A stretch of 64,000 nt of DNA from assembly GCA_977017645.1 (NCBI GenBank), contig OZ360223.1, forward strand, positions 118,544,001 to 118,608,000. Reading direction: 5' to 3'. A program made the translations under genes and the position numbers. This stretch comes from Torpedo marmorata (taxonomy: Eukaryota). Positions within the stretch are counted from its first letter, which is position 1; the number at the start of each line of letters is the position of its first letter. This document shows, piece after piece, positions 48,521 to 61,365 of this stretch. Below the pieces are notes generated by a model. That model did no database searches, was not told the origin of the DNA, and saw only the letters and a program-made list of their open reading frames with translations.

Positions 48521-49410
48521 TTCTAATATATCATGAGACAGAAAAAGAACTAATAACTAGAAAAAGATAAATTAAAAAAATATCCACAGTTGCAATTAGT
48601 GCAAAACAATGATGTTTCAACGGTGTAGGCAATAATGTAGGCAACCAAATGATGCCAACAAAAGTTAAAGATGGAATTGGATCCAAAGGTGAGTCACTTA
48701 AATTTGTCAGAAAAATTAGCAGTTCACAATTCAGTAAAAATGAGCCATGAGATTGACAAAGAAAATAAAAAAATAGGGTAAGAGTGCATATATGAATTGA
48801 ATTTTCCAAGTGGACTGCAAACATTTTTACATGTGTATTAAAGAAATAAAAAGATTAATGATTACAATTTGGGTCCTTTGGGATTGAATTAAATTGATGT
48901 TTTTATTGTCACATGTACCAAGATACAGGGACAAGCTTTGTTTTGCACACTATCCAAGCAAGTCAACCTATACTTAAATACAGCAGGTCGCTCAATAATA
49001 AAAGTAGATGGTGTAATGCTACAGCACATTAAGTAGTGCAGGGTACAGTGTTACAAAGTGTGGGATACAGAGAAACTACAGTTAAATAATCAAGAGTGTT
49101 GTCTTTTACCAATGAGAGGACCATTCTTGAGTCTGATAACAGCAGGGAAATAACTCACTTTGAATCGAGAGGTTTGTGTTTTAAAGCTCACTTACCTTCT
49201 GCACGATGTAAGGAGGGAAGAAGGGAGTGTGACCAGGGTTGGATGGGCACTTTAATATGCTGGAAGCTTTCCTGAAACAGCAGGATGTAATGACAGAAGA
49301 ATGGCAGAGTAATTAACAAATACCGTATATTTCGGCGTATAAGTCAACTCGCGGATAAGTCAAACCCCCTTTTTCAGCTTAATTTTAATGGTTTTATTGT
49401 ATATCCGGAT

Positions 49411-49620
49411 TATAAGTTGACCCCCAAAAAATCGCGATGCCTGAGATGCTGAGCGTTGACCGGCATATAAGTCGACCCCCAAAAAATCGCGATGCCTGAG
49501 ATGCTGAGCGTTGACCGGAATATAAGTTGACCCCCAAAAATCGCGATGATTGAGCTGCTGGGGGTTGACCGGCGTATAGGTCGACCCACAACGATCGCGC
49601 TGATTGAGCTGCTGGGCGTT
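49411..49620. repeat. Subterminal tandem repeat (~54-nt unit, ~4 copies) of the pogo element
   Basis: tataagt(c/t)gacccccaaaaaatcgcgatgcctgagatgctgagcgttgaccggc repeated. Each unit contains the TIR core TATAAGTCGAC. Confidence 0.85.
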
Positions 49621-49668
49621 GGCTGGAGGTGATTGTTATTTTGGAGGCTCAATTGAAACGACAAAAGT

Positions 49669-52397
49669 ATCAGAATCAGAATTTATTGTCATGAACAAGT
49701 CATGAAATTCGGTGTTTTGTGGCAGCATCATAGTGCAATTAACATTCATATTAAACATCTAACGACATTACTATAAAAAATTATAAACAATAGTGCACGA
49801 AAAGTAAGGCAGTGTCTTTGGTTCATTGATTATTCAGGAACCTGATGGCAGCGGGGAAGAAGCTGTCCTTGTGCCGTTGAGTGCTCGTCTTCAGGCTCTG
49901 TACCTTTTTCCCGATGGAAGCAGAGTGAAGAGGGCATGGCCTGGGTGGTGGGGGTCTTTGAGGATAGAGGCTGCTTTTTTAAGACACCGCCTCATGTAGA
50001 TGTCCTCGATGGAGTGAAGTTTGGTGCCTGTGATGTCACAGGCCGAGTTAACAACCCTCTGGAGTTTACTCTTGTCCTGGGAGTTGGCGCCTCCATACCA
50101 GGCAGTGATGCAACCAGCCAGAATGCTCTCCACGGTACACCTGTAGAAGTTTATGAGAGTCTTTGGTGACATACCGAATCTCCGCAGACACCTCACAAAG
50201 TATAGCCGCTGACGAGCCTTCTTTGTGATTGCATCAACGTGGATGCTCCAGGACAGATCCTCAGAGATGTTGACACCCAGGAATTTGAAGTTCTTGACCC
50301 TCTCTACGACTGAGCGCTCAATGTGGACTGGGTCGTGTTCCCCTGACTTCCTCCTGAAGTCCACAATCATCTCCTTGGTTTTGCTGACGTTGAGCTCAAG
50401 GTTGTTGCCATTACACCATTCAACGAGCTGATCTATCTCCCTCCTGTACGCTTCCACATTGCCGTTTGTGATTCTGCCGACAACTGTGGTGTCATCGGCA
50501 AACTTGTAGATGGCATTGGAATTGTGCCTGGCCACACAGTCATGGGTGTATAACGAATAGCGCAGTGGACTAAGCACGCATCCTTGGGGTGCGCCTGTGT
50601 TGATAATCAGTGAGGAGGAGACGTTGTTTCCAATTCGTACTGACTGTGGTCTTCCGATGAGAAAGTCAAGGATCCAGTTGCAGAGGGGGGTACAGAGGCC
50701 TAGATTTTGTAGCTTCTTGACCAGCACTGAGGGAATAATGGTATTGAAGGCCGAGCTGTAGTCGATGAAGAGCAGCCGTATGTATGAATTGCTGCTTTCG
50801 AGGTGATCCAGAGCTGAGTGGAGAGCCAGCGATATTGCATCTGCTGTGGAGCGATTGTGGCGATAGGCTAATTGCAGTGGGTCCAGATCTTTGCTTAGGT
50901 ATGTGTTAATTCTGGCCATGACCAGCCTCTCAAAGCATTTCATCACAGTAGAAGTTAGTGCTACTGGGCGGTAGTCTTTGAGGCAGCCCACACTACTCTT
51001 CTTGGGTACCGGGATGATTGATGCCCTTTTGAAGCAGGTGGGAACCTCTGACTGCCGCAATGAGTGGTTGAAAATGTACGTGAACACTCCGGCTAGTTGG
51101 TTGGCGCAGATTTTCAATACCCTGCCAGGTACGCCATCAGGGCCTGATGCCTTGCGAGGGTTCACCCTCTTGAATGATGTTCTGACGTCGCCCTCAGAGA
51201 CAGATATCAGAATCAGAATCAGAATCAGAATTTATTGTCATGAACAAGTCATGAAATTCGGTGCTATGCGGCAGCATCATAGTGCAATTAACATTCATAT
51301 TAACCATTCTAACGACATTACTATATAAAAAATTATAAACAATAGTGCACTAGTGTCTTTGGTTCATTGATTGTTCAGGAATCTGATGGCAGCGGGGAAG
51401 AAGCTGACCTTGTGCCGTTGAGTGCTCGTCTTTAGGCTCCTGTACCTTTTCCCCGATGGAAGCAGCGTGAAGAGGGCATGGCCTGGGTGGTGGGGGTCCT
51501 TGAGGATAGAGGCTGCTTTATTAAGACATCGCCTCATGTAGATGTCCTCGATGGAGTGAGGTTTGGTGCCCGTGATGTTACAGGCCGAGGTAACAACCTT
51601 CTGGAGTTTGCTCTTGTCCTGAGAGTTGGCACCACCATACCAGGCAGTGATGCAACCAGCTAGAATGCTCTCCACGGTACACCTGTAGAAGTTCACGAGA
51701 GTCTTTGGCGACATACCGAATCTCCGCAATCGCCTCACAAAGTATAGCCGCTGACGAGCCTTCTTTGTGATTGCATCCACGTGGATGCTCCAGGACAGAT
51801 CCTCGGAGATGTTGACACCCAGGAATTTGAAGTTCTTGACCCTCTCCACGACTGAGCCCTCGATGAGGACTGGGTTGTGTTCCCCTGACTTCCTCCTGAA
51901 GTCCACAATCATCTCCTTGGTTTTGCTGACGTTGAGCTCGAGGTTGTTGTCATTACACCAGTCAATGAGCTGATCTATCTCCCTCCTGTACGCCTCCTCA
52001 TTGGCGTTTGTGATTCTGCCGACAACTGTGGTGTCATCGGCAAACTTGTATATGGCATTGGAATTGTGCCTGGCCACACAGTCATGAGTGTATAACGAGT
52101 AGAGCAGTGGACTAAGCACGCATCCTTGGGGTGTGCCTGTGTTGATAATCAGTGAGGAGGAGACGTTGTTTCCAATTCGTACTGACTGTGGTCTTCCGAT
52201 GAGAAAGTCAAGGATCCAGTTGCAGAGTGCGGTCACAGGGTCCTCAGCCTTTTCAGGGATTCTTGTAAGCACTGTTTTGTTCTTCTTCTCAAAGCGGGCA
52301 TAGAAGATGTTCAGCTCATCGGGTACTGAAGCATCACAGCCGTCTATAGTGTTCACCCTCGCTTGGTAGGCTGTAATGGCCTGTACTCCCTGCCATA
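49669..52397 (-). mobile_element. Rex1/Babar LINE (424-aa ORF 49891-51165), itself split by another Rex1 copy
   Basis: The sequence gagacagatat(ca) at ~51205 continues as tcacagggtcctcagcc at ~52233, as in the uninterrupted copy at ~37795. Confidence 0.9.
51206..52227 (-). mobile_element. Rex1/Babar LINE nested inside another Rex1
   Basis: Has its own (ATTCTG)n tail at 51206-51230 and is truncated at LCNWILDF. Confidence 0.88.
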
Positions 52398-53696
52398 TGA
52401 GGCGAGTTTTAAATTAAAAGTGATAGAAATGGCCAAGAAAACCAACAACTGTGCTGCTGCAAGAAAATTTGAAATATATGAGAATTTGGTAAGAGATTGG
52501 AGGAAGAAAGAAGATACTTTAAGAAAAATACCAAAAAGGCAATGTTTGATGAGAAGAGGAATCACTCGTTGGCCAGAGTTGGAAAATCATGTCGCAGCAT
52601 GAGTACGTGAACAGAGGCAAGATTGCCACATAAAGTCACCCGAAATAAAATAAGAACATTTGCGCTGAAGTGGGCAAAGTCGCACCCAGAACTCAGTAAT
52701 GATTTTGAAGCTACAGTCGGCTGGTGCAACCGTTTCATGAACAGGAAAAATCTGGTATTACGACAAAAGACAAAAATTGATCAGAAACTACCAAAAGATC
52801 TTGATCATAAAGTTGTAAGTTTTCACCAGTTTATTTTACGTAACCGGCAGAAACACAAGTTTGCATTGGCAAATATTGGAAACATGGACGAAACCCCCAT
52901 GAATTTTGACATGATAGGCAATAGAACAGTGGAATGGAAAGGTGTGAAAACTGTGCAAACCAGGAGTACAGGCCATGAAAGGACCAGGTTTACCGTGGTG
53001 TTATCGTGCATGGCCGACGGGACAAAGTTAAGACCCATGGTAATCTTCAAATGTAAATTTAAACCTTAAATAAAATTCCCTGCGGGTATTTTTGTACATT
53101 TTCATGAAAAAGGATGGATGGATGGATGAAAATGGTGTAAAACTATGGATAGACAATGTGTGGAACAGGCGGCCAGGCGGTTTACGCAAGGAATGGAGTT
53201 TGCTGGTCTGGGATATGTTTCGTAGCCACTTAACTGAGAACACTAAAAGTAGATTAGCACAACATAATACATGGCGGTTATCCTGGGTGGTTTGCCGTCT
53301 ATATTGCAACCTCTCAATGTCTGCTTCAACAAGCCATTCAAATACCATGTGCATGAAGAGTGGAATACATGGATGTCGAGTGCATAAAAATCATTTAAAA
53401 AATGCAGGGCAATGTGTGCTGCATCGCTTGATGTGCTGTGTGACATCGTGCTCAAGGCATGGGACAAAGTGAAAGTAGAGACTATAATAAAATTGTTTAA
53501 AAAGTGCGGTATCTCTTGTGCAATTGATGGTACGGAAGATGATTTATTGTGGGACACTGACGACGAAGCTGAAGCCCCCTCATCAGATACAGACTGGGAC
53601 CCCTATGATGACTCTTTAAACAGTGAGACCCCGGATGTTCTTGCCGAGATCTTTGCCTCAGACGATGATAGCGAAAGTGATTTTGAAGGGTTCTAA
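52396..53696 (+). pseudogene. pogo/DDE_1 transposase pseudogene (first ~10 codons lie at 49641-49670)
   Basis: (EAQLKRQK)[22 protein letters not shown]; WPELE..F.ATVGWCNRFMNR; IGNMDETP; TGHERTRFTVVLSCMADGTKL.PMVIFK; GWMD; LLVWDMFRSH; acidic tail. Stops and frameshifts present. Confidence 0.92.
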
Positions 53697-55621
53697 ATGT
53701 GTTTTTGTTTTCAATAAAAATGTCAATGGAAATTTGTTGCAGTCGGGTTTTTTGTTGGTTTTTCAAGGGTCGACTTATACGCCGAATCGGGTTTTCACGG
53801 GTTGACTTATACGCCGAATCGGCGTTGAGCGGTTTTGGAGCTGATTTTAAGGTCTCAAAAGTATATCCGGCGTATAAGTCGACCCCCGTTTTTTGAGAGA
53901 TTTTTGAGGGCTTCAAGACTCGACTTATACACCAAAATATATGGTACTTTGGTTCTATCTTCACTGAGGAGAACACCAATTACTAGAAATGCAGAGGGAT
54001 GAAGTGTTTAATGAAAATAAGGAATTAATTAATGTTAGTTAAAAATAGTGGCAGGGAAATTAATGATACCAAAAGATGACAAATCCCCAGCTCATCATAA
54101 GCATTATAAAAGAAGTAGGTTGTTAAATTCCAAAATTCTGTGGGTAATTGAATAGCTCCTGCAGATTCAAGGGTGGCAAAAGTAACCTTTTAAATATAAG
54201 GAGATAGAGAAATCAGGGAACAGTAAGACGAACATCACGAAGCAAGAAAATGATAAGTCTATTAAAATGTTATCATTAGAACATAGAACATAGAAAACCT
54301 GCAGCACAATACAGGCCCTTCGGCCCACAAAGTTGTGCCGAACATGTTCCTACCGTAGAAATTTCTAGGCTTACCCAAAGCCCTCTATTTTTCTAACCTC
54401 CATGTATCTATCCAAAAGTCTCTTAAAGGACCCTAACATATCCGCCTCCACCACCGTTGCCGGCAGCCCATTCCACGCACTCACCACTCTCTGCATAAAA
54501 ATCTTACCCCTGACATCTCCTCTGTACCTACACCCCAGCACCTTAAACCCGTGTCCTCTTGTGGCAACCATTTCAGCCCTGGGAAAAAGCCTCTGACTAT
54601 CTACATGATCAATGCTTCTTATCATCTTAAACATCTCTATCAGGTCACCTCTCATCCTCCAAGGAGAAAAGGCCAAGTTCACTCAACCTGTTTTCATAAG
54701 GCATGCTCCCTAAACCAGGCAACATCCTTGTAAATCTCCTCTGCACCCTTTCTATGGCTTCCACATCCTTCCGGTAGTGAGGTGACCAGAACTGCACACA
54801 ATACTCCAAGTGGGGTCTGACCAGGTTCCTATATAGCTGCAACATTACCTCTCGGCTCCTAAATTCAATCCCACGATTAATGAAGGCGAATACACCGTAT
54901 GCCTCCTTCACCACAGAATCAACCTGCGCAGCTGCTTTGAGCGTCCTATGGACTCGGACCCCAAGATCCCTCTGATCCTCCACACTGCCAAGAGTCTTAT
55001 CATTAATACTATATTCTGCCATCATATTTGACCTACCAAAATGAACCACTTCACACTTATCTGGGATGAACTCCATCTGCCACTTCTCATCCCAGTTTTG
55101 CATCCTATCAATGTCCCGCTGTAACCTCTGACAGCCCTCCACACTATCCACAACACCCCCAACCTTGGTGTCATCAGCAAACTTACTAACCTATCCCTCC
55201 ACTTCCTTATCCAGGTCATTTATAAAAATCACAAAGAGTAAGGGTCCCTGAACAGATCCCCGAGGAACACCACTGGTCACCGACCTCCATGCAGAATATG
55301 ACCAGTCTATAACCACTCTTTACCTTCTGTGGGTAAGCCAGTTCCGGATCCACAAAGCAATGTCCCCTTGGATCCCATGCCTCCTTACTTTCTCAATAAG
55401 CCTTGCATGGGGTACCTTATCAAATGCCTTGCTGAAATCCATATACATTACATCTACTGCTCTTCCTTCATCAATGTGTTTAGTCACATCCTCAAAAAAT
55501 TCAATCAGGTTCGTAAGGCATGACCTGCCCTTGACAATGCCATGTTGACTATTGCTAATCATATTATACCTCTCCAAACGTTCATAAATCCTGCCTCTCA
55601 GGATCTTCTCCATCAACTTAC

Positions 55622-56576
55622 TGTTACAAATTCAAACCAGCAATGACAGAAGACACGATGCAAAAGGTGTAAAATTGAAATTTATATTTATTAAAGACAA
55701 TTAAACATATAATTTCACAACAATTAACCCCACTATAAATGTCGATAAACACTATTCTTATCTAAAAAGTGTGTGTGTGTAAAGCCCAGACCATTACATT
55801 CTGTGCCCAACCCTCATGTAAAAATGGAAAACCTTCCCCAAAAACCCCAGGTCAGTCATAAAAATAAGTCAGTCCCAAAAATACAGTCCACAAAAATTCA
55901 CTCTCTATGTTCAGGGTCCAAATTCAGCTCTGTGTGCTGGCAAGAAGGACTTCTTAATGAACGTTGGAGAGAGAGACAATGACTGTTTATGCTTACGAAT
56001 GCTTGGCCTGCTTTTCTTCTCTGATGACTTTCCCTTCTGGTAGTTTCACAAGGATTGCGACTCCAAATCCGTTTTGGATTGCGGCATGTACTTGGATCTC
56101 ACAGCTTGTCTCGCTGATCTCACACCTGTTCTTCACAAAAGTTGCCTTTAACTCAGGATTTTGCTGAATCACCAAGGCCTTGTATTTCTCCCAGCCTTTT
56201 CCCATGGGATGCACAAGCCTGGATTTTGCTGATTCAGGAGGCTCTATGCTCTTCTCCCAGCATTTTCCTCTGGGATGCACAAGCCTGGATTTTGCTGGGT
56301 TCTCCCGCCTTTGCAACTCCAAACCGCCACTGATTCAGTTTTCCACGACTGAACTTTAAGGCCTTCCTGCAGAGGTCTTCACCTGCCTTTTCAAAAGTCC
56401 AACCAAGTATCTTTTTCACAGTTTGTCTTCCCCTGGTGCCTCTCTCTCGGTAAGTACAACAAGTCCTGGGCAAGTTAACTCTTTCAGTACCAGGTCCCAG
56501 TGTGTACTCCAAAAGACTTCATTCATCCTTCCTGCTGACCGTCCGCAGTCCAAATGGTCAGTCATGGTCCATAACA
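55622..56576 (-). repeat. 3' LTR
   Basis: TGTTA...TAACA, a direct repeat of 61366-62323. Preceded on the minus strand by a G-rich tract gtgggtgggagc (PPT-like). Confidence 0.95.
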
Positions 56577-56709
56577 GCTCCCACCCACAAATAAAATTTT
56601 GGTCTGCAAGAACAAAATTTTGGAAATTGAGGTGTTACAAATATAAACAAAACCCACAATGTTCATCCACAAACACAAAATATGAACTATTTTCATTTAT
56701 AAAGTTTAG

Positions 56710-57930
56710 CATCTAGAAAGACAATCAGCAATTACATTATCTTTCCCTTTTATATGTGTTATTACTAAATCATATTCTTGCAAAATTAGACTCCAACAAC
56801 CGTCGATTCTTATTTTTCATTTTACAAAGAAAAACCAATGGATTATGGTCAGTATACACTATGACTGGTTTTTGAGCTGTACAGATATAAACATCAAAGT
56901 GTTGTAGAGCCAACACAAGAGCTAACAACTCTTTTTCTATGGTTGAATAATTCCTTTGATGATCATTGAACTTCTTCGAGAAGTAGGATACCGGATGGTC
57001 AATGTCCTCTTCGTTCTTCCTCTGTAACAGCACCGCGCCCACAACTTCATCGCTGGCATCCACGGCTAAAGAAAATGGCTGTTCTAAATTAGGTGACTTA
57101 AGCACAGGTTGGTGGCATAACATGGCTTTCAATTTGACAAATGCTTCCTGACAACCTGTCGACCATACAAATTTTTCTCTCTTTCTAAGCAAATTTGTGA
57201 GAGGGAGTGCAAGATCTGCAAATTTTTACAGAACTTTCAGTAGAATCCAATCATTCCCAGGAACCTCCTCAGAGTTTTCTTACCAGTTGGAACAGGAAAC
57301 TCGGATATAGTCACAACCTTTGCTTCTACTGGCGCCAACTGCCCCTGTCCTACATAACCCAGATAAATAACAGTAGCATGTCCAAACTCACTTTTACTTA
57401 AATTAACTGTGAGATTTGCTTTGGACAGTCATTCGAACAATTGTTTTAGCTCAAATACATGCTCTTCCCAGGTGTCACTACTTACAATTAAATCATCAAT
57501 GTAAGCACCTGTGTTTTTTAACCCTTGAATTACTGAATTAATCATTCTCTGAAATGTTCCTGGAGCATTCTTCATACCAAAAGGCATAACATTATACTCA
57601 TACAGCCCAAAAGGTGTTACGAATGCAGAAATCTCCCTAGCCCTTTTTGTCAAAGGACACACCAGCACCTTTTCAATAAGTCAATTTTTGTAAAAAATTT
57701 GGCCTTCCCCACCTTGTCTATACAATCGTCTATTCTAGGAATAGGATAAGCATCTGTCTTTGTTACAGCATTTACTTTCCTATAATCAGTGCAAAACCTA
57801 ACCGTTCCATCAGGCTTAGGCACTAAAACACAAGGGGAACTCCAATTGGAAGTAGACTTTCGAATGATATTGTTCTTTACCATGTAGTCAATTTCCTGAT
57901 CTACCAGTTTGCACTTTTCCGCATTTATTC
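56710..57930 (-). pseudogene. Gypsy RT + RNase H (frameshifted)
   Basis: NWSSPCVLVPKPDGTVRFCTDYRKVN, MPFGMKNAPGTFQR, YIDD, VDASD..VGAVLLQ, YSTIEKELLA, YTDHNPL. Confidence 0.92.
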
Positions 57931-58266
57931 AATAGGGATGCTGTTTTATCGGTCTTGCATCTCCTACATCCACATCATGATAAGCGATGGAAATTTTCTG
58001 AGGCACATCGGGAAATAAATTTATAAATTTTAAAAATAACTGACTCATCTCTTCATTTTCTGAAGTTTTCAGATGAGCCAACTTTGTCTCCAGATTGCAC
58101 AAAATCATGGAATTTTCTAACCTCGGGCTTATCAATTTCTGTGTCCCATGAACCTCTCTGAAACTGGTTTTATCTGTCTCCTCCTTACCCTGATCAATAA
58201 CCAGCACCTCTGGTAAATGTTCAGTCTCTTTGTGCGGCACCTGTTCAAAATATGGCTTGATCATAT

Positions 58267-59414
58267 TCACATGACAGACCTGTGTGTATCGTCTGCGATT
58301 AGGTGTTTCTCTATGACATAGGTGACCTCATTAATCTTTGACTTAACTCTATAAGGTCCTGAAAATCTAGGCCTAAAAGGATTTGAATGGATGGGAAACA
58401 GAACTAATACGTTCTCACCAGGTTTAAAAGTTCTCATCTTGGCCTTTCGATCATACCAAACCTTAATTCTCTGTTGAGTGGCCTTTAAAGTCTCCTTTGC
58501 CATCTCACAAGCCCTATGCAACCGATCCTTAAATTTGGAAACATAATCTAACAGATTTAAATGCACATCACTATTAATCCACTGTTCTTTTAATAATCTT
58601 AAAGGACCTCTCACCTCATGTCCGAAAACTAACTCGAATGGACTAAAACCAAGTGATTCTTGGACAGACTCCCTCGCTATAAATAACAACAAATGAACCC
58701 ACTCATCCCAATCCTTTTCCTTCTCACAACAATAGGTTCTAATCATGTTTTTCAAAGTCGAATGGAACCTCTCCAAGGCCCCTTGACTTTCTGGATGGTA
58801 CGCAGAGGATACAATCTGTTTACCTCCCAGTCCATCAACCACTTGTTGGAAAATGCCTGACATGAAATTACTGCCCTGATCTGATTGAATTTCCCTTGGC
58901 AAACTTACCAAGGTGAAAAACTTTACCATAGCCTTTACAATTGCTTTTGCTTTAATGTTTCTCAGAGGAATGGCCTCTGGAAATCTTGTGGCTGCACACA
59001 TAATTGTTAACAAATACTCATTCCCCGCTTTGGTTTTGGGCAATGGGCCAACACAGTCCACAATCACTCTCGAGAAAGGCTCACTGAAAGCAGGGGTTTA
59101 CCCACCACCTGACAAGTGTTACAGGCCCAGCAAAAGCTTACAACCTCCCTTCTCAAACTGGGCCAATAAAATTGTTTCATTAACTTCCTTATAGTTTTCT
59201 TCATGCCAAGGTGACCACCTAAGGGTGTGCTATGAGCCAAAGTTATTATTTCGTCCCTATATACTTTAGGGTTCACTACCTGTTGCACTACTGCCCATTC
59301 TTCATTGGCAGGAACATCACATGGTCTCCACTTTCTCATCAACACCCCATCTTTTTCATAATAACCCACTGGCACCTTTTTAATCTCCTCTTCAGAGAGA
59401 ACCTTATCCCTCAC
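58267..59414 (-). pseudogene. Gypsy integrase (frameshifted)
   Basis: AH....GHLG...CWACNTCQ zinc motif; VDCVGPLP, SDQGSNF, YHPESQGALER; GPY motif. Confidence 0.92.
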
Positions 59415-59612
59415 CTCAGCAAGATCAGGATCCTCCTTTTGGCTTGCTATTAGCTCCTGTCAGGATAGTGACAAATCTGTGCCTTCAGGTGTCTTATCAG
59501 TGGATGGGTGTAACACAGGAGATTGCTCAACCTTTTCCAGGTGTTCTTGATTATCACCTACTTTTTCTTTCACCAATTTAGTTTCCACTGCCTTCTCTGC
59601 AGTGACATTTTT

Positions 59613-61232
59613 CTAAGACATGGCCCTGGTTATGGCACAGGCCGGATAAATATCAGAGTCTTTCTCTGACTTATCAATGACTGGCTTAGTGGTCATTCGC
59701 ACTGCAGGAACGACTTTACCCTCAGCCAAGTCATTGCCTAGCAACAGTGAGACTCCTTCTACTGGCAACTCTGATCTCACTCCTATTATAACAGGTCCTT
59801 CCACCAAGGCTGAGTCCAACCCTATTTTGTGCAAAGGAATGGACTCAACATCACCCCCAATTCCTTTAATTAAATTCATTTCACCGGTGTCAGTAGCTTC
59901 ACAAAATACCAAGACACTATCTAACACAAGTGACTGAGCAGCTCCAGTATCTCGCAAGATTTTCACTGGAACTTGTTTTGATCCTGCCTTAACTGAAAGA
60001 ACACCATCAGTCACAAAAGGTTTAAATACATCCCTAAACTTGTCAGTAACTTTATCTCCTTGCTGGGTGTTATGCCTCTTCTCACTTTGAATACAAGCAT
60101 TAGGTGTTGCATCCTTTTCTCTCTTCTTTTTCAACACTGGACAGCTTGCTAGCATATGACCAGCCTTCCTACAGTAGTGGCAAATGGGACCCGAAGGGTT
60201 TTCCCTTTTCCACTTTCCTTCATCCATTTCCTTAACACCACTTCCAAATTTACTTTCCACTTGCTTGGGATTATCCACAGTGACCTTTTGGAAAATTCTT
60301 CCTGACGTCCACTTAGGCTTGTGGGTTAAAGCATATTCATCTGCTAACTTAGCTGAATTTTGCCAAGTTTTCACCTCCTTTTCATCTAAGTATGCCTTAA
60401 TATCCTCAGGAACACACCTTTTTATCTCCTTAATTATTATCAATTCTCTCAATTGATTGTAATCATTGTTTACCGCCTTAGATGTGCACCACCGGTCAAA
60501 ACACACAACCTTTTCATAGGCAAACTCTGTGTAAGATTGGGTTGCTGATCTTTTTAAATTTCTAAACTTCTGTCTATAAGCCTCTGGAACTAACTCATAA
60601 GCCTGGAGTATAGCCTTCTTCACCGTTTCATAATCAGCAGCTTGCACTGTGGTAAGAGTAGAATAAGCTTGCTGAGCTTTTCCTTTTCTTACACTTTGTA
60701 ACATAAGAGACCATTGGTCTTGTGGCCATTTCAATTTCACAGCCACCTTCTCAAAATGTTGGAAATACTTATCTATTTCCGCCTCCTCAAATGGAGGAAC
60801 CAACCTAAGTTCTCTACTAGCCAAAAACCTCTCAACAGGATGACGAATTTGATCTTGGTGCTCTTCTTATCTCCTCTCATTTTCCAACTAAATCTTTTCC
60901 AGCTCACATTGCCTAATTTTCTCCTCATTCTCTAATCTCTTTTGTTCTCTGTCTTCTTCCAAGTCTAATCTCTTTTGTTCCAATTCCACTTTCTTTAGTT
61001 CCAACTGTATGTTTTCAGAAGGTTTACCCTTGGGAAACTGCTCTAACACGCTCTCCTCAAACATTTTTCCTTTTATATAATATTTGACAATTTCTCTCAC
61101 AATCTCTGCCTTTTTCATTGATGGTTTTACAGAAGCAATGCCCAACTCTGTTGCTATAGCCACTAACTGTTCCTTTTTCACCTTTTTTAAAGTATCAGGT
61201 TCAGGTGATTTCAAAAAAATTTCTACATCCAC
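59613..61232 (-). pseudogene. Gypsy gag (SCAN-like capsid region, CCHC knuckle) + aspartic protease, frameshifted
   Basis: YF.HFEKVA...WP..QW..., AYELVPEAYRQKFR, CHYCRKAGHMLASC, LRDTGAAQS, LLLGNDL. Confidence 0.9.
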
Positions 61233-61343
61233 TGTTGCTGTTTTTTTTTTTTACACACACACTAGCTTTTAATTAGCTTTACAAATGAATGTCTTAAACC
61301 AGACTGGGACTCCTTCAATTACCGAGATGGATTTTGTTTCAAA

Positions 61344-61361
61344 ATCCCGGACGAGCCCCCA
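61344..61361 (-). promoter_or_regulatory. Primer-binding site, tRNA-Pro
   Basis: The minus strand reads TGGGGGCTCGTCCGGGAT, 4 nt downstream of the 5' LTR. This is the canonical 18-nt tRNA-Pro PBS. Confidence 0.93.
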
Positions 61362-61365
61362 ATTT

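Larger units (their letters stand above)
49323..53944 (+). mobile_element. pogo-family (POGK-like/Passer-type) DNA transposon, full-length but decayed, interrupted by two nested Rex1 copies
   Basis: TA|ccgtatatttcggcgtataag ... cttatacaccaaaatatatgg|TA, with transposase remnants inside. Confidence 0.92.

Noticed and set aside
48155-48526. Gly-rich and Pro-rich ORFs
   Set aside because: They are translations of the C-rich minisatellite inside a hAT MITE.
51364-52356. 330-aa ORF as a novel short RT
   Set aside because: It is a chance in-frame fusion of an inner Rex1 copy with the upstream part of the outer copy.
55993-56322. 109-aa ORF duplicated at 61743-62072
   Set aside because: The duplication simply reflects the two LTRs, and the internal peptide repeat mirrors a DNA repeat. 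No recognisable domain.
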